Of a stretch of 46,581 nt of DNA, positions 43,412-46,581 are shown piece by piece (position 1 is the stretch's first letter; every line of letters starts with the position of its first letter). Both the position numbers and the translations under genes were made by a program. The notes below the pieces were generated by a model that saw only the letters and a program-made list of their open reading frames with translations, did not search any database and was not told where the DNA came from. The DNA is from Deltaproteobacteria bacterium (GTDB taxonomy: Bacteria; Myxococcota_A; UBA796), in assembly GCA_002683315.1 (NCBI GenBank), contig NYTD01000284.1:1-46581 (forward strand), in the 5' to 3' direction.

Positions 43412-45280
43412 TTATTGTTTTGACTGTGCTGCAATACGTTGTTGTTGGCGAAGATCTATTTGCTCAATACCATCTCTTGGTATTGAGCTGATGAGTCGTT
43501 TGGTATACTCTTCCTTTGGATTCGCATAAATTGACTCGCTTGGACCATACTCCACAAACTTACCGCCGTTCATTACTGCCATCATATCACTCATGAACTT
43601 CACGACAGATAGATCATGACTAATAAAAATATACGTCAAACCGAATTCGAGTTGCAGATCTTTGAGTAGGTTCAACACTTGGGCCTGTACAGAGACATCC
43701 AATGCAGAAACGGATTCATCACAAATGATGAGATCTGGTTTTACCGCCAAAGAACGAGCAATACAGATCCGCTGTCTTTGACCACCAGAAAACTCATGAG
43801 GATAACGATTTAGGTATTGTTTTCCAGGAAGCCCTACCTTTTCCAGAAGGTCCAACACCATATTGCGTCGTTCTCCATACGAACTTCCAAGCCCATGAAC
43901 GTCCATAGGCTCCATAATGGTACCTTCAATCGTCTTTCGAGGATTCAAAGACCCGTATGGATCTTGAAAAATAATCTGGAACTTTTTGCGATAGGAACGA
44001 AGTTTGCTTTGGCTCATCGTCGTAATATCAACCCCATCAAAAACTACTTTGCCTCCGGTTGGATCTATAAGTCTCATAATTGCTCGGCCTGTTGTCGTTT
44101 TTCCACAACCAGATTCACCGACAAGTCCAAGAGTCTGACCTTTGTATATATCAAAAGACACTCCATCTACAGCTCGAACATGATCGACCACAGAGCCAAA
44201 AAGTCCTTTCTTGATTGGAAAATGCATATGCAAATCATGAACACTCAAAAGAGGTTTTTCATCTTCCGGTACAAACATTGTCCCTTCACGATAGTCTTCT
44301 TTATTTCCTGAGAATCCAAGCTCTGCCAATTTGGGTAAAGAATACAAATATCGTTCTCTCCCTTCTTTCGCCATGTTCTCAAGCCATCCTTCTTCCAAAA
44401 CTTTTTCCTGTACGGTATAGCTACCATCTTCGTGATAAATCGTATCCATAAAGTCAGGAACGGTCGGAAGTCTTTTATCTGTGCTATCAAGTTTTGGTCT
44501 ACAAGCCAAAAGCCCCTTTGTATAGGGGTGCTGACAATTCATAAAAATGCTTTTTACATCACCATACTCCACGAGTTTTCCTCGATACATCACCGCTACT
44601 TCATCCGCAATTTCTGCGATCACACCCAAGTCATGAGTGATAAAGATCATTCCCATATTTCGCTCATCACGTAATTTCCTCATGAGATCTAAGATCTGAG
44701 CTTGGATGGTCACATCCAGAGCAGTGGTTGGTTCATCTGCGATTAAGAGTTTGGGATTACAAGAAAGTGCCATCGCAATCATTACTCGTTGCTTTTGACC
44801 ACCAGACATTTCATGTGGATACATATGAATTCTTTCTTCAGGATTCGGGATTCCTACTTCTCGAAACAATTCGATTGTTTGAGTTTTGGCCTCTTCTTCT
44901 GTGACATCTTGATGTAGCAAAATCGCTTCCATCACCTGATTTCCAGTAGTGTAAACCGGATTTAATGACGTCATAGGCTCTTGAAATATCATAGATATTT
45001 CGGCACCTCGAATTTTTCTCATATCTGCATCAGTCGCATCGACCAAATCTTGACCTGCAAATATGACTTTAGATCCCTTTTCAATGCGTGCTGTTCTGGG
45101 AGGTAAAAGACGCATAACCGTGAGACTTGTTACTGATTTTCCAGAACCAGATTCACCTACAATCCCTAACGTTTGACCGGGCATGACCTGAACATTTAAA
45201 TTATCAACTGCTTTCATCACACCGATATCAGTATGGAAATATGTTCTCAAAGAGTCTAATTTGAGGATTGGATCTGTCAT
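43412..45280 (-). CDS. Fused double ABC ATPase (OppD-OppF fusion, YejF-like)
   Basis: Two complete cassettes: GESGSGKS / MSGGQKQR / [12 protein letters not shown] and GESGCGKT / FSGGQRQR / [15 protein letters not shown] 45280 is preferred because GGGAG lies upstream. Confidence 0.95.
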   Translation of the reverse strand: MTDPILKLDSLRTYFHTDIGVMKAVDNLNVQVMPGQTLGIVGESGSGKSVTSLTVMRLLPPRTARIEKGSKVIFAGQDLVDATDADMRKIRGAEISMIFQEPMTSLNPVYTTGNQVMEAILLHQDVTEEEAKTQTIELFREVGIPNPEERIHMYPHEMSGGQKQRVMIAMALSCNPKLLIADEPTTALDVTIQAQILDLMRKLRDERNMGMIFITHDLGVIAEIADEVAVMYRGKLVEYGDVKSIFMNCQHPYTKGLLACRPKLDSTDKRLPTVPDFMDTIYHEDGSYTVQEKVLEEGWLENMAKEGRERYLYSLPKLAELGFSGNKEDYREGTMFVPEDEKPLLSVHDLHMHFPIKKGLFGSVVDHVRAVDGVSFDIYKGQTLGLVGESGCGKTTTGRAIMRLIDPTGGKVVFDGVDITTMSQSKLRSYRKKFQIIFQDPYGSLNPRKTIEGTIMEPMDVHGLGSSYGERRNMVLDLLEKVGLPGKQYLNRYPHEFSGGQRQRICIARSLAVKPDLIICDESVSALDVSVQAQVLNLLKDLQLEFGLTYIFISHDLSVVKFMSDMMAVMNGGKFVEYGPSESIYANPKEEYTKRLISSIPRDGIEQIDLRQQQRIAAQSKQ

Positions 45281-45518
45281 TTTTACTCCCACATCTAATT
45301 GCTTTATATCGAAAATGGTATGTTTCATGAATCTTTTATTCTATTTCGATCAATCAGATACACATATTCATATATCTCTTGAAACAAAAAACAACAAGGC
45401 AAGACCTGCATTTGAAAATAGAGCAATGCAACAAAATCGCGTCAATTGGTGACTGAATATACACAATGTCAAAATACCCAGATATTCTACTCAAAAGTAT
45501 ATATTTTAGGAGAATACT

Positions 45519-45893
45519 ATGTTTACAATTGCTTTGTCATTTTTATTTGCATGTGGAGAGAAGTCCACTGATACTGCTGTTTCAACAGAAACGACCGATA
45601 CTGCGGAAGAGTCTGCTGAGGAAACAGAGGTTTCTTATCCTGGAAGCGAAGAATCTGAAGGAATCGGAGAAATGGGTGGATATCTATCATCCTATTGCAC
45701 TGAATATGCTCTTCGTTGTGGTGTCTATAGCTCTGAAGAGTACTGTGTAGATGAAATGAGCTCTTGGTTCAACAACACATGCGTCATCGTTGATACAGAT
45801 GCATTGGACACATGCATGACATGGCTTTCCGAGCTATCTTGTGAAGAGACTGGCTGGATTGACGAGTGCAGTAATTTCTACAGCTGCGACTAA
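45519..45893 (+). CDS. Small acidic Cys-rich lipoprotein, hypothetical
   Basis: TAGGAGA SD upstream; signal + lipobox-like SFLFAC; E/T/S-rich linker; C-terminal domain with 8 Cys. Confidence 0.6.
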   Translation: MFTIALSFLFACGEKSTDTAVSTETTDTAEESAEETEVSYPGSEESEGIGEMGGYLSSYCTEYALRCGVYSSEEYCVDEMSSWFNNTCVIVDTDALDTCMTWLSELSCEETGWIDECSNFYSCD

Positions 45894-46581
45894 GGCTCCG
45901 ATACAGACTTCAATATGATCTGTACAACATCATGATGTTCATATTGTTGTGCAAGGGAAAGTGCTGTCTTTCCCCATTTATCTTTTTGTGATATTGGAGC
46001 ACCACTCTGACACAACCACTCAACAAGCCTTATCTGCGCATATCTTGCTGCCAGATGAAGAGGAGTTCGTCCATCTTCATCACAGATGTCAAGAGGCATT
46101 TTTGCTAGACTGAGGTTGTGAATCATTCCACAATCTCCTTTTTTTGATGCTCTTTTCATTAATTCCTGCAGTTGAACCTGCTCCATAATCGCGCCTTTTT
46201 CCACCAATAACGAGACGATTTTGCCAAACGAGTTGGCAATGGCTTCTCCAAGAGGACCTGTCCCCCATCGATCCAACACATTGGGATCCGCGCCTTGTGA
46301 CAATAAGAATTGTACTGTGTTCAATTGACCTTCTGCAGAGGCAATGTGCAATGGTGTTCTTCCATCATAATCTCCTTGTTCCAAAGAAAAGCCGCTTTGA
46401 ATCAACCTCTCCAAAGCTTCAATATCTCCTCTTGCTGCCGCAGAACAAGCCAAAACAGGAAAGACACTTTGAGCGATAGCTTCGGAAACACCCAGTTCTT
46501 CTCCTTGCATTAAGACCTTCGTGACCGTATCTACAAACTTTTGCTCTTGAAACGAAAATCGATGCTTGTCTGCAGGTTCGG
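45890..46581 (-). CDS. Ankyrin-repeat protein, 5' end beyond the window
   Basis: Ankyrin consensus repeats (DYDGRTPLHIASAEGQLNTVQFLLSQGADPN; DEDGRTPLHLAARYAQIRLVEWLCQSGAPIS; KWGKTALSLAQQYEHHDVVQIIL). The frame stays open upstream of the track's ATG 46510 through 46581 (..EPADKHRFSFQEQKFVDTVTKVL-M..), so the gene probably starts outside the window. Confidence 0.8.
   Translation of the reverse strand, partial: EPADKHRFSFQEQKFVDTVTKVLMQGEELGVSEAIAQSVFPVLACSAAARGDIEALERLIQSGFSLEQGDYDGRTPLHIASAEGQLNTVQFLLSQGADPNVLDRWGTGPLGEAIANSFGKIVSLLVEKGAIMEQVQLQELMKRASKKGDCGMIHNLSLAKMPLDICDEDGRTPLHLAARYAQIRLVEWLCQSGAPISQKDKWGKTALSLAQQYEHHDVVQIILKSVSEP

Noticed and set aside
1-46581. Mobile elements, prophage, tRNA/rRNA genes, Moco or B12 riboswitches.
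   Set aside because: I recognised no transposase, integrase or phage motifs. The only GGTTCGAA-type T-loop-like strings lie inside CDSs. The moa genes overlap each other, leaving no leader for a Moco riboswitch. I cannot exclude small ncRNAs without covariance-model searches.

Overview
This is an AT-rich, very gene-dense chromosomal segment from a diderm (Gram-negative-type) bacterium. I cannot assign a taxon from the sequence alone.

Layout:
(i) 1-7545, + strand: the 3' end of a LysM-repeat protein, then a translationally coupled molybdenum-cofactor block (moeA-mobA-hypothetical-apbC/mrp-moaA). This runs directly into a flippase-like (MprF-TM-type) membrane protein and a beta-barrel outer membrane protein (OMP).
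(ii) 7542-30966, - strand: a flagellar supercluster of about 23.5 kb, read in transcription order as fliC | fliD | fliS-orf105-OMP-TPR protein | flgB-flgC-fliE-fliF-fliG-fliH-fliI | fliJ-(FlbB/YlxF-like)-fliK-flgD-flgE | motA-motB-fliL-fliM-fliN-fliO-fliP-fliQ-fliR-flhB.
(iii) 31188-38505: an accessory block. It holds a small DUF4190-like membrane protein, then an unannotated 15-codon Pro/Arg-rich sORF heading a SAM-methyltransferase + B12-radical-SAM operon. After that come a lipoprotein combining an FMN-bind-like flavinylation motif with a TlpA-type thioredoxin domain, a His-box desaturase/hydroxylase, and a second B12-radical-SAM enzyme.
(iv) 38671-45280: a Yej/Opp-type peptide ABC importer with unusually enlarged permeases and a fused double ATPase on the opposite strand.
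(v) 45519-46581: a Cys-rich acidic lipoprotein and an ankyrin-repeat protein that continues past the window edge.

I recognised no rRNA, tRNA, CRISPR array, transposase or integrase.

The most promising candidates for something undescribed are:
- the sORF-methyltransferase-rSAM unit and its neighbours;
- the TPR/OMP/orf105 genes embedded among the flagellar operons;
- the FliM that lacks the CheY-binding N-terminus.

All functional calls rest on motif and architecture recognition by eye. No database search was run.
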